DNA of 64,000 nucleotides from a virus (Duplodnaviria; Heunggongvirae; Uroviricota; Caudoviricetes): IMG/VR virus record IMGVR_UViG_2713896798_000008; one strand, 5' to 3'. Shown piece by piece: positions 38,810 to 49,660 of this stretch (position 1 is its first letter; each line of letters starts with the position of its first letter). The notes under the pieces were generated by a model. It saw only the letters and a program-made list of their open reading frames with translations, ran no database searches and was not told where the DNA came from. The position numbers and the translations under genes were made by a program.

Positions 38810-39454
38810 ATGGAAAGCCTTGGCATTAGGCTTAAGAAACTCAGAAAAGACAAAGGTCTGACCCAAGTTGAACTTGGCAAGCTTTCTGGCGTAACTGGGG
38901 TAACAATAGGATACTGGGAGAAAGATCTAAACGAACCAGGTAGCAAAGCTCTTAGTAAATTAGCCCTAGCACTAGGCACTACTGAGTCCTATCTCCTGTA
39001 TGGAGTATCATCACCTGAATCATCCCTTGTGCAGAAAAATCCAGGTATCCAAATCCCATACCTTTCTTGGGGAGAAGCGATTTCTTTCCTAATATTAAAA
39101 GGAGAGAAAACTATGGGAAATGTCGACAGGATCACCACATTCTTTGATGTCAAGGAGGGAGATTTTGCCGTTTCAATGCCTGATGATACTATGCACAATC
39201 CATCAGGGTCCCCAAGCATTCCAGTTGGAGCCACAGTGATCATGAGGCCTAGCGAAAAATATAAAAATGGTAGCATCGTCGCAGTAATAGTCCCAGATCC
39301 ACTCACAAACGAACCATCCATGACTATAAAAAAATTAGTTATTGATGGAAAGCTCGTGTACTTAGCCCCCCTTAACCCACGCTATCAATCATCCTTACTT
39401 ACACCGGAATGTAACATCGTTGCTGTAGCAAAAGGTGTTCAGTTCAGCCTCTAG
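38810..39454 (+). CDS. CI-type repressor (HTH_XRE plus S24 LexA-like autopeptidase)
   Basis: N-terminal HTH LRKDKGLTQVELGKLSGVTGVTIGYWE; C-terminal S24-like region. Confidence 0.85.
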   Translation: MESLGIRLKKLRKDKGLTQVELGKLSGVTGVTIGYWEKDLNEPGSKALSKLALALGTTESYLLYGVSSPESSLVQKNPGIQIPYLSWGEAISFLILKGEKTMGNVDRITTFFDVKEGDFAVSMPDDTMHNPSGSPSIPVGATVIMRPSEKYKNGSIVAVIVPDPLTNEPSMTIKKLVIDGKLVYLAPLNPRYQSSLLTPECNIVAVAKGVQFSL

Positions 39455-39513
39455 CTCCCGCTTTGCCCTGTAATCAGAGGTCGGCTTTGTCGGCCTTTTA
39501 TCTTAAAAATATT

Positions 39514-39542
39514 TATATTCAACTTGACGGCAAAACTAAATA
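39514..39542 (+). promoter_or_regulatory. pL-like early promoter (TTGACG, 17-bp spacer, TATATT) with operator-like motifs
   Basis: Hexamers read directly; TTATATTCA motif at 39503 and 39536. Confidence 0.4.
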
Positions 39543-39727
39543 TTCTTATATTCATTACAACCCACCCCGCTTCACAGAATGCAGGGCAATACTTCGAGTT
39601 ACCCGGCAGTGGTCAGGGGTTAAGTAGCCAGCCCGAGGCGTATGAACATGACGGCGGGAACACTTTGTATAACAGCGCAGCAGGTTTTTAGTTCCGCGAC
39701 CCGGCGTTAAGGGGAAATGAGGTCAAC

Positions 39728-39880
39728 ATGGATACCATCGATCTTGGCAACAACGAATCTCTGGTGTGCGGCGTCTTCCCCAATCAGGACGGCACGTTTA
39801 CCGCGATGACGTATACCAAAAGTAAAACGTTTAAAACCGAAGCTGGCGCGCATCGCTGGTTAGCCAGAAACGCCAACTGA
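39728..39880 (+). CDS. YdaF-like small protein (50 aa), below the ORF-track length cutoff
   Basis: Manually translated MDTIDLGNNESLVCGVFPNQDGTFTAMTYTKSKTFKTEAGAHRWLARNAN; SD aggggaaatgagg. Confidence 0.5.
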   Translation: MDTIDLGNNESLVCGVFPNQDGTFTAMTYTKSKTFKTEAGAHRWLARNAN

Positions 39881-40269
39881 TTAGCGCCAGTAAAAACAGG
39901 TTTCCACAGGTTAATGTACCCTGAAAAGTCATGGCATAACACGAAAGCGCACGGAGAGGTTTCTTTGCATATAAGTCTTGTCGTTAAATTTCTTCGACCG
40001 TGCGCTTCCGGTTGTGTAGCCAGTGCAACCTCGTGGTGTACCCATTGGCGGCATCGGTTTGTTGCTGACTGATGTCCGCCCTTTTTAAAGTGAATTTTGT
40101 GATGCGGTGAATGCGGCTATGCGCACGCGGAACAGTTAAAACCGTAAAGTGGTATTTTACGGGGCGCAACGGGCATCCTTCTGTATTCCGACGTTAATTG
40201 TTAACTGGTTAACGTCACCTGGAGGCACCAGGCGCCGCATCAACAAAATTCATTGTTGAGGACGCGATA

Positions 40270-40458
40270 ATGGAAACGTCACTACCAAACGTTAATACGT
40301 CTGAAGGGTGTTTTGATATTGGTATTCTGCTCAGTAACCGGGAGTTTACTGAAGATGCCATTAAGATGAGAAAATATGAGCCTTATCTTCTCAATGATAA
40401 TTCCATACTTTCCCGAATTGCTCTTCTTGAACTTGGTATTTTCGGAGAACGTCAATGA
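40270..40458 (+). CDS. hypothetical early-left small protein
   Basis: ORF track, 62 aa; stop overlaps next start (ATGA). Confidence 0.35.
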   Translation: METSLPNVNTSEGCFDIGILLSNREFTEDAIKMRKYEPYLLNDNSILSRIALLELGIFGERQ

Positions 40459-40643
40459 CTTCAGCATTTGCACTGATGATGACGGTTTTTCTTATAACGG
40501 GTGAATCACAGAATGTGATTACCGGAATTTATGCCAGTAAAGAATCCTGCCTCCAGGCAAGAGACGAGCAAAAAATTTCTGGTGAATGCCTCCCGGTAAA
40601 AAAAGTATCGCTGTACCTGAATAACGAAACACCGGCTGGATAA
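40455..40643 (+). CDS. hypothetical small membrane protein (kil/sie-type candidate)
   Basis: N-terminal hydrophobic helix MTSAFALMMTVFLITG; two Cys. Confidence 0.35.
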   Translation: MTSAFALMMTVFLITGESQNVITGIYASKESCLQARDEQKISGECLPVKKVSLYLNNETPAG

Positions 40644-40735
40644 CCCTCCAGCCATATTAACACCATACCAACGGATTAAAAATGCCAGCAATGGCAGGGA
40701 TTTGTTCACCCTTAAATCTGTAATGAGGTTTATCA

Positions 40736-43198
40736 ATGAGCACTGATAAAGAAGAATTTGCGCTATATTGCGAAGCAAAAAATGACAAAGTCAGAAAACG
40801 TCTGGGAATTAAAGGTGGTTTTTACTGGACTACAGCAAAAAAATTATCTGTTGCCATCTCCCGCTGCATTACCGCAATGGATGACAACGATTATGATGAA
40901 GACGACTTTAAAAAACCCGTTCGCGTCCATTTACCCGTTGTGAATGACCTTCCACCTGAAGGCGTGTTTGATACCGAATTCTGCAACCGATACGAAAAAG
41001 GCGGGGAAGATGGCATTACAATGGTATTTATCGCGCCCTCTCCCTCCGTGCAGGAGAAACCAGCCAGTACTGACAATACCAACGTCAACGGCGAAGACAT
41101 GACGGAGATTGAGGAGAATATGCTCCTGCCGGTTTCTGGTCAGGAGCTGCCCATTCGCTGGCTTGCGCAACACGGCAGCGAAAAACCAGTAACGCACGTT
41201 GCACGGGAAGAACTTCAGGCATTACATATAGCACGGGCGGAAGAACTGCCGGCTGTTACTGCCCTGGCCATTTCTCACAAAACAAAGCTGCTCGACCCGC
41301 TGGAGATTCGCGACCTTCACAAACTGGTACGCGACACTGACAAAGTTTTCCCTAATCCCGGTAATTCAGACCTGGGACTGATAACTGCTTTTTTCGAGGC
41401 ATACCTGGACGCTGACTACACTGATCGGGGTCTGCTGACAAAAGAGTGGATGAAAGGAAATCGTGTTTCGCGTATCACCCGTACGGCTTCCGGTGCAAAT
41501 GCCGGTGGCGGGAACAAAACCGATCGCAATCCGAATTTAGTACACACCTTCGATACGCTGGATGTGGAGATTGCAGCAGCCACACTTCCGATGGATTTTA
41601 ATATTTATGAAATTCCGGGCAGCGTTTATCGTCGCGCAAAAGAAATCGTCCTGAAAAGAGAAAGTCCGTTCAAAGAATGGTCCGCAGCACTTCGCGCAAC
41701 CCCGGGTATTCTGGACTATTCCCGCGCCGCTATTTTTGCACTTATCCGGAGCGCTCACCCTGAGTTTTATCACTACCCGGGACGCCTTCAGGGGTATATC
41801 AACGCCTACTTAACGGAGACTGATCACGAGAACCCCAGCAAGGAAACTCTCACTGCTGCACGACATACACCGGAAAAAGATATCCTGGAAGAAGTTAACC
41901 GCGAACTGTCTGCTAAGCAGGAAACAGAAGAAGAAGAAAATGATGAAGAAAAACCGCAACCATCTTGCGCAATGGCAGATGAACAGGCAACGGCTGAAAC
42001 AGTGGAACCGGATGCAACTGAACATCATCAGGACACGCAGCCGCTGGATGCTCAGTCACAGGTAAATTCTGTTGATGCGAAATATCAGAAACTGCGGGCA
42101 GAACTCCATGAAGCCCGGAAAAACATTCCGCCCCAAAATCCTGTCGATGCAGACAAATTACTGGCTGCCTCTCGCGGAGAATTTGTTGAAGGGATTAGCG
42201 ACCCGAATGATCCGAAATGGATTAAGGGGATCCAGACCCGCGATTCTGTGTACCAGAACCAGCAAGAAACGGAACAGAACGACCAGAAAGCGGAACAAAA
42301 CAGCCCAAATGCGTTACAAAACGAGCCAGAAACGAAACAGCCTGAACCAGTGGCGCAACAGGAAGTGGAAAAAGTCTGCACCGCCTGCGGTCAGACCGGC
42401 GGCGGCAACTGCCCTGATTGTGGCGCGGTGATGGGCGACGCAACATACCAGGAAATATTCGATGACAAGAACCTGGTTGAAGTTCAGGAAGACGATTCGG
42501 AGAAAATGGAAGGCGCTGAACATCCACACAAGGAGAATGCTGGCAGCGCTCAGGACCACGCCAGCGATAGTGAAACTGGCGAGACGGCAGATCCCTTAAT
42601 TACGGTGAACGGTCATCACGTTATCACATCCACCAGCAGGACGTGTGACCATCTAATGATCGACCTTGAAACCATGGGAAAAAATCCTGATGCCCCGATT
42701 ATCTCAATAGGTGCAATATTTTTCGATCCGCAAACCGGAGATATGGGACCGGAATTTAGTAAGACTATCGATCTGGAAACTGCTGGCGGAGTCATTGATC
42801 GGGACACCATTAAATGGTGGCTTAAGCAATCACGCGAAGCGCAATCTGCCATTATGACCGATGAAATCCCGTTAGATGATGCACTGTTACAATTGCGGGA
42901 ATTTATCGACGAAAACTCCGGTGAATTTTTTGTTCAGGTCTGGGGAAATGGAGCCAACTTCGACAACACGATTTTGCGCCGTTCATACGAACGGCAGGGG
43001 ATCCCCTGCCCGTGGCGTTACTACAACGATCGCGATGTGCGCACAATCGTTGAGCTGGGGAAAGCCATAGACTTCGATGCCAGAACGGCTATTCCATTCG
43101 AAGGTGAGCGCCATAATGCACTTGATGACGCCCGTTACCAGGCAAAATACGTTTCAGTTATCTGGCAAAAACTGATCCCGAGTCAGGCTGATTCTTAA
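40736..43198 (+). CDS. large exonuclease: RecE-like N-terminal region, acidic linker, zinc ribbon, C-terminal DEDDh 3'-5' exonuclease
   Basis: 820 aa; RecE-like block [43 protein letters not shown]-terminus DLETMG...GNGANFD...[11 protein letters not shown]. Confidence 0.7.
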   Translation: MSTDKEEFALYCEAKNDKVRKRLGIKGGFYWTTAKKLSVAISRCITAMDDNDYDEDDFKKPVRVHLPVVNDLPPEGVFDTEFCNRYEKGGEDGITMVFIAPSPSVQEKPASTDNTNVNGEDMTEIEENMLLPVSGQELPIRWLAQHGSEKPVTHVAREELQALHIARAEELPAVTALAISHKTKLLDPLEIRDLHKLVRDTDKVFPNPGNSDLGLITAFFEAYLDADYTDRGLLTKEWMKGNRVSRITRTASGANAGGGNKTDRNPNLVHTFDTLDVEIAAATLPMDFNIYEIPGSVYRRAKEIVLKRESPFKEWSAALRATPGILDYSRAAIFALIRSAHPEFYHYPGRLQGYINAYLTETDHENPSKETLTAARHTPEKDILEEVNRELSAKQETEEEENDEEKPQPSCAMADEQATAETVEPDATEHHQDTQPLDAQSQVNSVDAKYQKLRAELHEARKNIPPQNPVDADKLLAASRGEFVEGISDPNDPKWIKGIQTRDSVYQNQQETEQNDQKAEQNSPNALQNEPETKQPEPVAQQEVEKVCTACGQTGGGNCPDCGAVMGDATYQEIFDDKNLVEVQEDDSEKMEGAEHPHKENAGSAQDHASDSETGETADPLITVNGHHVITSTSRTCDHLMIDLETMGKNPDAPIISIGAIFFDPQTGDMGPEFSKTIDLETAGGVIDRDTIKWWLKQSREAQSAIMTDEIPLDDALLQLREFIDENSGEFFVQVWGNGANFDNTILRRSYERQGIPCPWRYYNDRDVRTIVELGKAIDFDARTAIPFEGERHNALDDARYQAKYVSVIWQKLIPSQADS

Positions 43199-43270
43199 TG
43201 TTCAACTGTCGCCGGTTGTGACTGGTATTCTGCAACCGGCGCTCGTCTGATGTAAGAGATAAAGAAAGCG

Positions 43271-43522
43271 ATGAGCGAAGTAATCATGATTGTCTCTCCC
43301 GGCAAATGGGTATCCGAAGAGCAGTTAATTGCGCTGAAAGGAATAAAAAAAGGTACGTTAAAAAAGGCCCGGGAAAAATCGTTTATGGAAGGAAGGGAAT
43401 ATAAGCATGTCGCTCATGACGGTATGCCATGGGATAACAGTCCATGCTTTTACAACCTGGAAGAAATTGATCGCTGGATTGAGCGCCAGGCATCTGCAAG
43501 ACCAAGACGTCATCTTGCTTGA
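43271..43522 (+). CDS. xis: excisionase-like protein
   Basis: 83 aa directly upstream of integrase. Confidence 0.55.
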   Translation: MSEVIMIVSPGKWVSEEQLIALKGIKKGTLKKAREKSFMEGREYKHVAHDGMPWDNSPCFYNLEEIDRWIERQASARPRRHLA

Positions 43523-43541
43523 CTAAAAGCAACACGAACCA

Positions 43542-44837
43542 ATGAGAGAAGCTGAAATGAAATATCCGACAGGCGTGGAAAACCATGGAGGGAAATTACG
43601 TATCTGGTTTGTTTATAAAGGTGTAAGAGTCCGGGAAAATCTTGGGGTTCCTGACACAGCAAAAAACAGGCGCATTGCAGGTGAGCTACGCGCCTCTGTT
43701 TGTTACGCAATAAAAACTGGCGCTTTCGACTATGCAAAACAGTTTCCCGCCTCACACAATCTGGAAAAATTTGGTGAGGCCCGACAAGATTTAACCATAA
43801 AAGAACTGGCTGAAAAATTTCTGGCACTGAAAGAAACTGAAGTCGCAAAAACGTCACTCAACACGTACCGTGCCGTCATCAAAAATATTCTGAGCATAAT
43901 CGGTGAAAAAAATCTTGCATCATCGATTAATAAAGAAAAATTGCTGGCGGTACGTAAAGAGTTACTGACTGGATACCAGATCCCCAAAAGTAACTATATT
44001 GTTACACAACCCGGGAGATCGGCTGTTACCGTAAATAATTACATGACAAATCTTTACGCCGTGTTCCAGTTTGGTGTTGATAACGGTTATCTGGCAGACA
44101 ATCCATTTAAGGGGATCTCACCATTAAAGGAGTCGAGAACCATCCCGGATCCACTTTCGCGGGAGGAGTTTATCCGCCTTATTGACGCGTGCAGAAATCA
44201 GCAAGCCAAAAATTTATGGTGTGTTTCCGTTTATACTGGGATTCGCCCTGGTGAACTCTGTGCGCTTGGATGGGAAGATATAGATCTGAAAAATGGAACA
44301 ATGATAATCAGAAGAAATCTGGCAAAAGACCGTTTTACAGTACCAAAAACACAGGCGGGAACCAATCGTGTGATTCACCTTATTAAGCCCGCAATCGACG
44401 CTCTCCGGAGTCAGATGGCACTAACGAGACTGAGCAAAGAGCATATCATCGATGTTCACCTCAGAGAATTCGGCAGAACAGAGAAACAAAAATGTACCTT
44501 TGTTTTTCAACCTGAAGTGTCAGCGAAAGTAAAAAATTATGGCGACCATTTTACCGTTGACTCAATAAGGCAGATGTGGGACGCAGCGGTAAAGCGTGCC
44601 GGAATCCGCCATCGCAAATCGTATCAGTCGAGACACACTTATGCCTGCTGGTCGTTAACAGCAGGAGCTAACCCGGCATTCATTGCAAACCAGATGGGCC
44701 ATGCAGATGCGCAAATGGTGTTTCAGGTGTACGGGAAATGGATGTCAGAAAATAATAATGCGCAGGTAACGCTGTTAAATACACAGTTAAGCGAGTTTGC
44801 CCCAACCATGCCCCATAACGAAGCGATGAAAAGTTAA
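43542..44837 (+). CDS. int: tyrosine-type integrase
   Basis: 431 aa; C-terminal catalytic region (…RHTYACWSL…HADAQMVFQVYGKW) typical of phage integrases; start may be 43557. Confidence 0.9.
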   Translation: MREAEMKYPTGVENHGGKLRIWFVYKGVRVRENLGVPDTAKNRRIAGELRASVCYAIKTGAFDYAKQFPASHNLEKFGEARQDLTIKELAEKFLALKETEVAKTSLNTYRAVIKNILSIIGEKNLASSINKEKLLAVRKELLTGYQIPKSNYIVTQPGRSAVTVNNYMTNLYAVFQFGVDNGYLADNPFKGISPLKESRTIPDPLSREEFIRLIDACRNQQAKNLWCVSVYTGIRPGELCALGWEDIDLKNGTMIIRRNLAKDRFTVPKTQAGTNRVIHLIKPAIDALRSQMALTRLSKEHIIDVHLREFGRTEKQKCTFVFQPEVSAKVKNYGDHFTVDSIRQMWDAAVKRAGIRHRKSYQSRHTYACWSLTAGANPAFIANQMGHADAQMVFQVYGKWMSENNNAQVTLLNTQLSEFAPTMPHNEAMKS

Positions 44838-45076
44838 TTTTTTATTTATCAATTAGTTAGATTGAATGACTCTTGAAATCCATAATTCACAGGTGTTTTT
44901 TCCCATCCTGTGGTTTCCTTGGCGTTTTCTAGGTTTTTTCAGATAGTTGCATTTTTTAAAAAGCATCCTAAGTTCGATCTCAGTGTCTATCTGGGGCCCA
45001 TTTCTGTCCCATATATGCCCCAAAAAAACTCCTCAACAGATAAGTAGTTTTTTCATGGAGTTACGCGTAAAATCAA

Positions 45077-45114
45077 TAACGGCTGGAAATCATTCAATAC
45101 TCGCACTATCGAAA
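45077..45114. repeat. 38-bp direct repeat, copy B (candidate att core, integrase side)
   Basis: Identical to 332..369; about 240 bp downstream of int. Confidence 0.4.
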
Positions 45115-45668
45115 AATTTACCAGCCAACCGCAGCACGTTCTTGCATAAGGCGTGTCTGCGGTTTTTCAACTATTCAGATACATCACTCCCATCACATTC
45201 ATTCCTCCACATCAAAGGCATATAGGCTATATCACCTTGATATTTTTCTTCTTCAGATAAAAACTGTTATCTATGTATACTTTTAAACCCAATCCGTGTA
45301 GAGTCTCTGCATAAGATAGTTTGCAGTTGCCACTTCAGCTTGCGCCATAAACCGCCTGATTTTTGCCGCCATCTGTTAGCATTCCTGTATACCTGAAACG
45401 ACAATGTTTATCTACGAACTTTAAGAACACCCAGGATAAAAATTGTCAACTATATCATATATAACACATTACTAATTCGAGGCTATATGAACAGCATACT
45501 GATAATCACTTCGCTCCTTATCATATTCAGCATTTTTAGTCATGCTCTAATAAAATTAGGGATTGGCATATCCAATAACCCAGACAAAACCGATGTATAA
45601 GTCAACATATCCTGAATCAGACATACAATATCGCAATGAAAATCAATAATATTTTAAGGAATATATTC

Positions 45669-45902
45669 ATGAAATCAAAAGACACCCTAAAGTGGTTCCC
45701 TGCGCAGCTTCCTGAAGTCAGAATTATCCTAGGGGATGCTGTAGTGGAAGTAGCAAAACAGGGAAGACCTATCAATACCAGAACATTGCTTGATTACATT
45801 GAAGGAAACATAAAGAAAAAATCATGGCTGGATAACAAAGAATTATTACAAACAGCGATATCAGTTCTTAAAGACAACCAAAATTTAAATGGTAAAATGT
45901 AA
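45669..45902 (+). CDS. ydfK: YdfK/YnaE-type prophage cold-shock protein
   Basis: MKSKDTLKWFPAQLPEVRIILGDAVVEV... (77 aa). Confidence 0.7.
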   Translation: MKSKDTLKWFPAQLPEVRIILGDAVVEVAKQGRPINTRTLLDYIEGNIKKKSWLDNKELLQTAISVLKDNQNLNGKM

Positions 45903-46218
45903 TATAATAAACTTACTTTTTTATCATTTTTCCACTTTAACAACATTTTGCTCCACTTTTCCACGACCAAACAACTTGAAATCTGGTTAAAATAACACGC
46001 AACACTATTCTTCTTCCTTGAGTCCGCCCGGAACTCGAAAAACAAACCGAGTTAAAGCCATTTTTCACAAAATCGATTTTGGGTCTCACCAAAGTTACGG
46101 GGTTGCATACGCATTCGTTTATTTTCGAACGTGTACATACAAATATGCACAAAAATAATCAAAATTATTTTCTGAGATGCATTATGATATGAACACCAAT
46201 TTCGTATAGAGTCTCACT

Positions 46219-46809
46219 ATGTCTCGAATTTTTGCTTACTGTCGGATATCAACGCTGGATCAGACCACCGAAAATCAACGCCGGGAAATCGAAAGTGCAG
46301 GTTTTAAAATCAAACCTCAGCAAATAATCGAAGAACACATTAGCGGCTCAGCAGCAACCAGTGAGCGTCCTGGTTTTAACCGGTTGCTTGCTCGCCTGAA
46401 ATGTGGTGATCAATTGATTGTGACAAAACTGGATCGCCTTGGTTGTAATGCAATGGATATCAGGAAAACAGTGGAACAACTGACCGAAACAGGTATCAGA
46501 GTGCATTGCTTAGCATTGGGGGGCATTGACCTGACCAGTCCAACAGGAAAAATGATGATGCACGTAATTTCAGCAGTCGCTGAATTTGAACGAGACCTTT
46601 TACTTGAACGCACTCATTCCGGGATAGTAAGAGCCCGCGGCGCAGGGAAACGTTTTGGTCGACCACCTGTGTTAAATGAAGAACAGAAACAGGTGGTATT
46701 CGAACGAATTAAGTCAGGTGTAAGTATAAGTGCCATTGCCCGGGAATTCAAAACCTCGCGGCAAACCATTTTAAGAGCCAAAGCAAAACTTCAGACACCT
46801 GACATATAA
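46219..46809 (+). CDS. pin: serine recombinase / DNA invertase Pin
   Basis: 196 aa; resolvase catalytic N-terminus YCRISTLDQ and C-terminal HTH. Confidence 0.9.
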   Translation: MSRIFAYCRISTLDQTTENQRREIESAGFKIKPQQIIEEHISGSAATSERPGFNRLLARLKCGDQLIVTKLDRLGCNAMDIRKTVEQLTETGIRVHCLALGGIDLTSPTGKMMMHVISAVAEFERDLLLERTHSGIVRARGAGKRFGRPPVLNEEQKQVVFERIKSGVSISAIAREFKTSRQTILRAKAKLQTPDI

Positions 46810-46906
46810 AAAATAATCTCGGTGTGAGATGCTTTACGTCTTCCAAGCCCCCTTCCTTGCCGTAAATGGAGAGATACATCTAATTATAGAATTTATATGT
46901 TTTACC

Positions 46907-47482
46907 CTACGGCAGTGCTGGCCATTCAATATCCGGTGCAGTTGATGTATCAACACGGTTCAGCAACACCCGATACTTTTTCCAGGCTTCCAGCAACAAG
47001 GTTTCTTCCTCCGTTGCGATCTCCAGATCCACAGCATCCTGAAGCGGCGCTATATGCTCACTGGCTATCTGCATCAGGCTGTTTTTTGTTTCTTCCGCCT
47101 CCCGGATCCGGAACAGTTTTTCTGCTTCCGTATCCTTCACCCAGGCTGTGCCGTTCCACTTCTGATATTCCCCTCCCGGCGATAACCAGGTAACATTTTC
47201 CGGTAACGGACCGAGTTCAGAAATAAATAACGCGTCGCCGGAAGCCACGTCATAAACCGTTTTACCCCGATGATCTTCAACGAGATGCCACGATGCCTCA
47301 TCACTGTTGAAAACAGCCACGAAGCCTGCCGGAATATCTGGCGGTGCAATATCGGTACTGTTTGCTGGCAGACCTGTATGAGGCGGAATATATGCGTCAC
47401 CTTCACCAATAAATTCATTAGTTCCGGCCAGCAGATTATAAATTTTTATGGTCCGTGGTTGTTCACTCATTCTGAATGCCAT
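46907..47482 (-). CDS. tfa: tail fibre assembly protein Tfa
   Basis: 191 aa, typical lambdoid Tfa. Confidence 0.85.
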   Translation of the reverse strand: MAFRMSEQPRTIKIYNLLAGTNEFIGEGDAYIPPHTGLPANSTDIAPPDIPAGFVAVFNSDEASWHLVEDHRGKTVYDVASGDALFISELGPLPENVTWLSPGGEYQKWNGTAWVKDTEAEKLFRIREAEETKNSLMQIASEHIAPLQDAVDLEIATEEETLLLEAWKKYRVLLNRVDTSTAPDIEWPALP

Positions 47483-47790
47483 TACGCAAGCCTCACAATA
47501 TAGTTAAATGCGATGTTTTTGACGGTGTTTTCCGCGTTACCAGCAGCGTTAACGGTGATGGTATGTCCATGTGAACCAATCGCAACGGAGTGCGTATGAG
47601 CACCAATACCGACAGTATGTGCGTGTGCACCTGCGCTTGCAGCAGTACCCGATACAGAGTGCGTATGAGCGCCTGCAGAAGAAGTGTTAACACTGTATTT
47701 AGAATAATCAGGTGATCCACTTCCCGGAGCACCACTGGAACCACCTGAAACAAATGTCATCGAATGGGTATGTGCACCGGCTGTCCCCAT
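47482..47790 (-). pseudogene. stf: side tail fibre C-terminal fragment
   Basis: His-rich GAHTHS/GAHAHT repeats and ...[11 protein letters not shown] end typical of Stf C-terminus; no N-terminal part. Confidence 0.75.
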
Positions 47791-49124
47791 GCATTTACCG
47801 CCCGGACTGTCAGCCTGTAATTTCCCAGCGCCAGCTGCGTGAAGCGATATGTGGTTTCCGTCGTCCGGGCCGTGCTGACCAACCGCTCACTGCCGTCGTC
47901 CGCTGCCACGGTCAGGCGAAGCATAAAGCTCACCCCCTTCACCACCTTCGGCGTGTCCCAGCGCGCCAGCACCTGGTATTCCCCGCTGTCTGCGGTGACT
48001 TCTGCGGTCAGGTGCTGAACTGCTGGCGGCGTGACACCATTCACCGTGCCGCTCTGGTCACCGTCAAAGTGCGCCCCGTTATCCACGATGGCTTCTTTCT
48101 CCGGTACATGCTGCACGGCAGTGATGGCATACGTACCGTCATCGTTCTCACGGATACTCACACAGCGGAACAGGCGCTGACGCAGCGTCGGCAGCTTCAG
48201 CCCCCACACGCTGTACTCGGCAACGCCGTCAGGAACCCGGCTCACTTTCACCTTCACGCCGTCGGTGACGGACTGGACCTCCACGCTCACCGGATTACCC
48301 TGCCCGTCAACCAGGCTTATCAGCGTGGTGCCGGAGGATGGCAGCGTGATTTCACGGTCGAGCGTCAGTGTCCGCGTCTGGCTGTTCACCGCCAGCACGC
48401 GCCCGCCGATGCTGATCCCCGCATAGTCATCATCACAGATTTCAATGACATCACCTGGTACATGGCGAAGCCCTTCGGCACCCACGCTGAAGTCCACGGT
48501 CTGCGTTTCCAGCAGTTCCGTTTTAATCAGCCACAGCCCGGCTCGGTGCGCCTGCCCCCGCCTGGTACAGCCAAAGGCATCCATCTTCGTGACGTTACGA
48601 CCGTAACGGGCAATGGCCTGCGTGTCCTCCACAAGCTCTGTCGCCGTCTCCCAGCCGTTATCCGGGTCAATCCAGTTCACCTCAACGGCATTATGGCGGT
48701 CCTTCAGGGCGCTGAAGCTGTAGCGGAACGGCGCGCCATCATCCGGCATCACCACATTACTGCGGTTATAGGTCCACACCTTATCTGATGGTCGGTCCTG
48801 CACGAACGTCAGCGTCTGCCCGTTCCATACCGGCATACAGCGCATCGCCGAGCAGAAATCACTGAGAACATCCCACGCCTTACGCTGTGTGGTCAGCCAG
48901 GCATTACAGGTGATGCGCGGCTCCGTGCCGCCAAAACCGTCCGGCACCGACTGGTCGCAACACTGGCCGATGACATACAGCGCCCATTTATCCACATCTG
49001 CCGCACCAAGACGTTTACCCATGCCGTAGCGCGGGTGGCTGGAGATCTGTCTCGCTGGCCTGCCGCAGTTCTTCAACTTCCCGGCGCAGCTTTTCGTTCT
49101 CAATTTCAGCATCCCTTTCGGCAT
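47757..49124 (-). pseudogene. J: internal fragment of lambda-type J gene, fused at both ends by deletions
   Basis: Matches lambda gpJ from about [20 protein letters not shown] to [13 protein letters not shown] homology spans about 47880-49040. Confidence 0.8.
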
Positions 49125-49272
49125 ACCATTTTATGACGGCGGCAGAATCATAAAGCACCTCATTACCCTTGCCACCGCCTCGCAGAACGGGCATTCCCTG
49201 TTCCTGCCAGTTCTGAATGGTACGGATACTCGCACCGAAAATGTCAGCCAGCTGCTTTTTGTTGACTTCCAT
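49015..49272 (-). pseudogene. nohQ: terminase small subunit Nu1 N-terminal fragment (noh-type remnant)
   Basis: MEVNKKQLADIFGASIRTIQNWQEQGMPVLRGGGKGNEVLYDSAAVIKWYAERDAEIENEKLRREVEELRQASE matches lambda Nu1, then truncated. Confidence 0.85.
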
Positions 49273-49449
49273 TGTTCATTCCACGGACAAAAACAGAGAA
49301 AGGAAACGACAAAGGCCAAAAAGCCCGCTTTCAGCACCTGTCGTTTCCTTTCTTTTCAGGGGGTATTTTAAATAAAAACATTAAGTTACGACGAAGAAGA
49401 ACGGAAACACCTTAAACCGGAAAATTTTCATAAATAGCGAAAACCCGCG

Positions 49450-49461
49450 AGGTCGCCGCCC
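49450..49461. other. lambda-type cos site (cosN 12-nt cohesive-end sequence)
   Basis: aggtcgccgccc is the reverse complement of GGGCGGCGACCT; flanks match lambda left and right ends. Confidence 0.7.
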
Positions 49462-49660
49462 CGTAACCTGTCGGATCACCGGAAAGGACCCGTAAAGTGA
49501 TAATGATTATCATCTACATATCACAACGTGCGTGGAGGCCATCAAACCACGTCAAATAATCAATTATGACGCAGGTATCGTATTAATTGATCTGCATCAA
49601 CTTAACGTAAAAACAACTTCAGACAATACAAATCAGCGACACTGAATACGGGGCAACCTC

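Larger units (their letters stand above)
46853..47809. other. candidate Pin-invertible segment (tfa plus stf variable end) bounded by short inverted sites
   Basis: Imperfect inverted repeats around cgtaaatg at 46853-46876 and 47786-47809; only one tfa/Sv set present. Confidence 0.35.

Noticed and set aside
44947-45225. 92-aa plus-strand ORF next to int
   Set aside because: Lies across the repeat/att region; homologous sequence at 1-100 is in a different frame, so coding is not conserved
47712-48788. 358-aa plus-strand ORF
   Set aside because: Antisense to the J gene fragment
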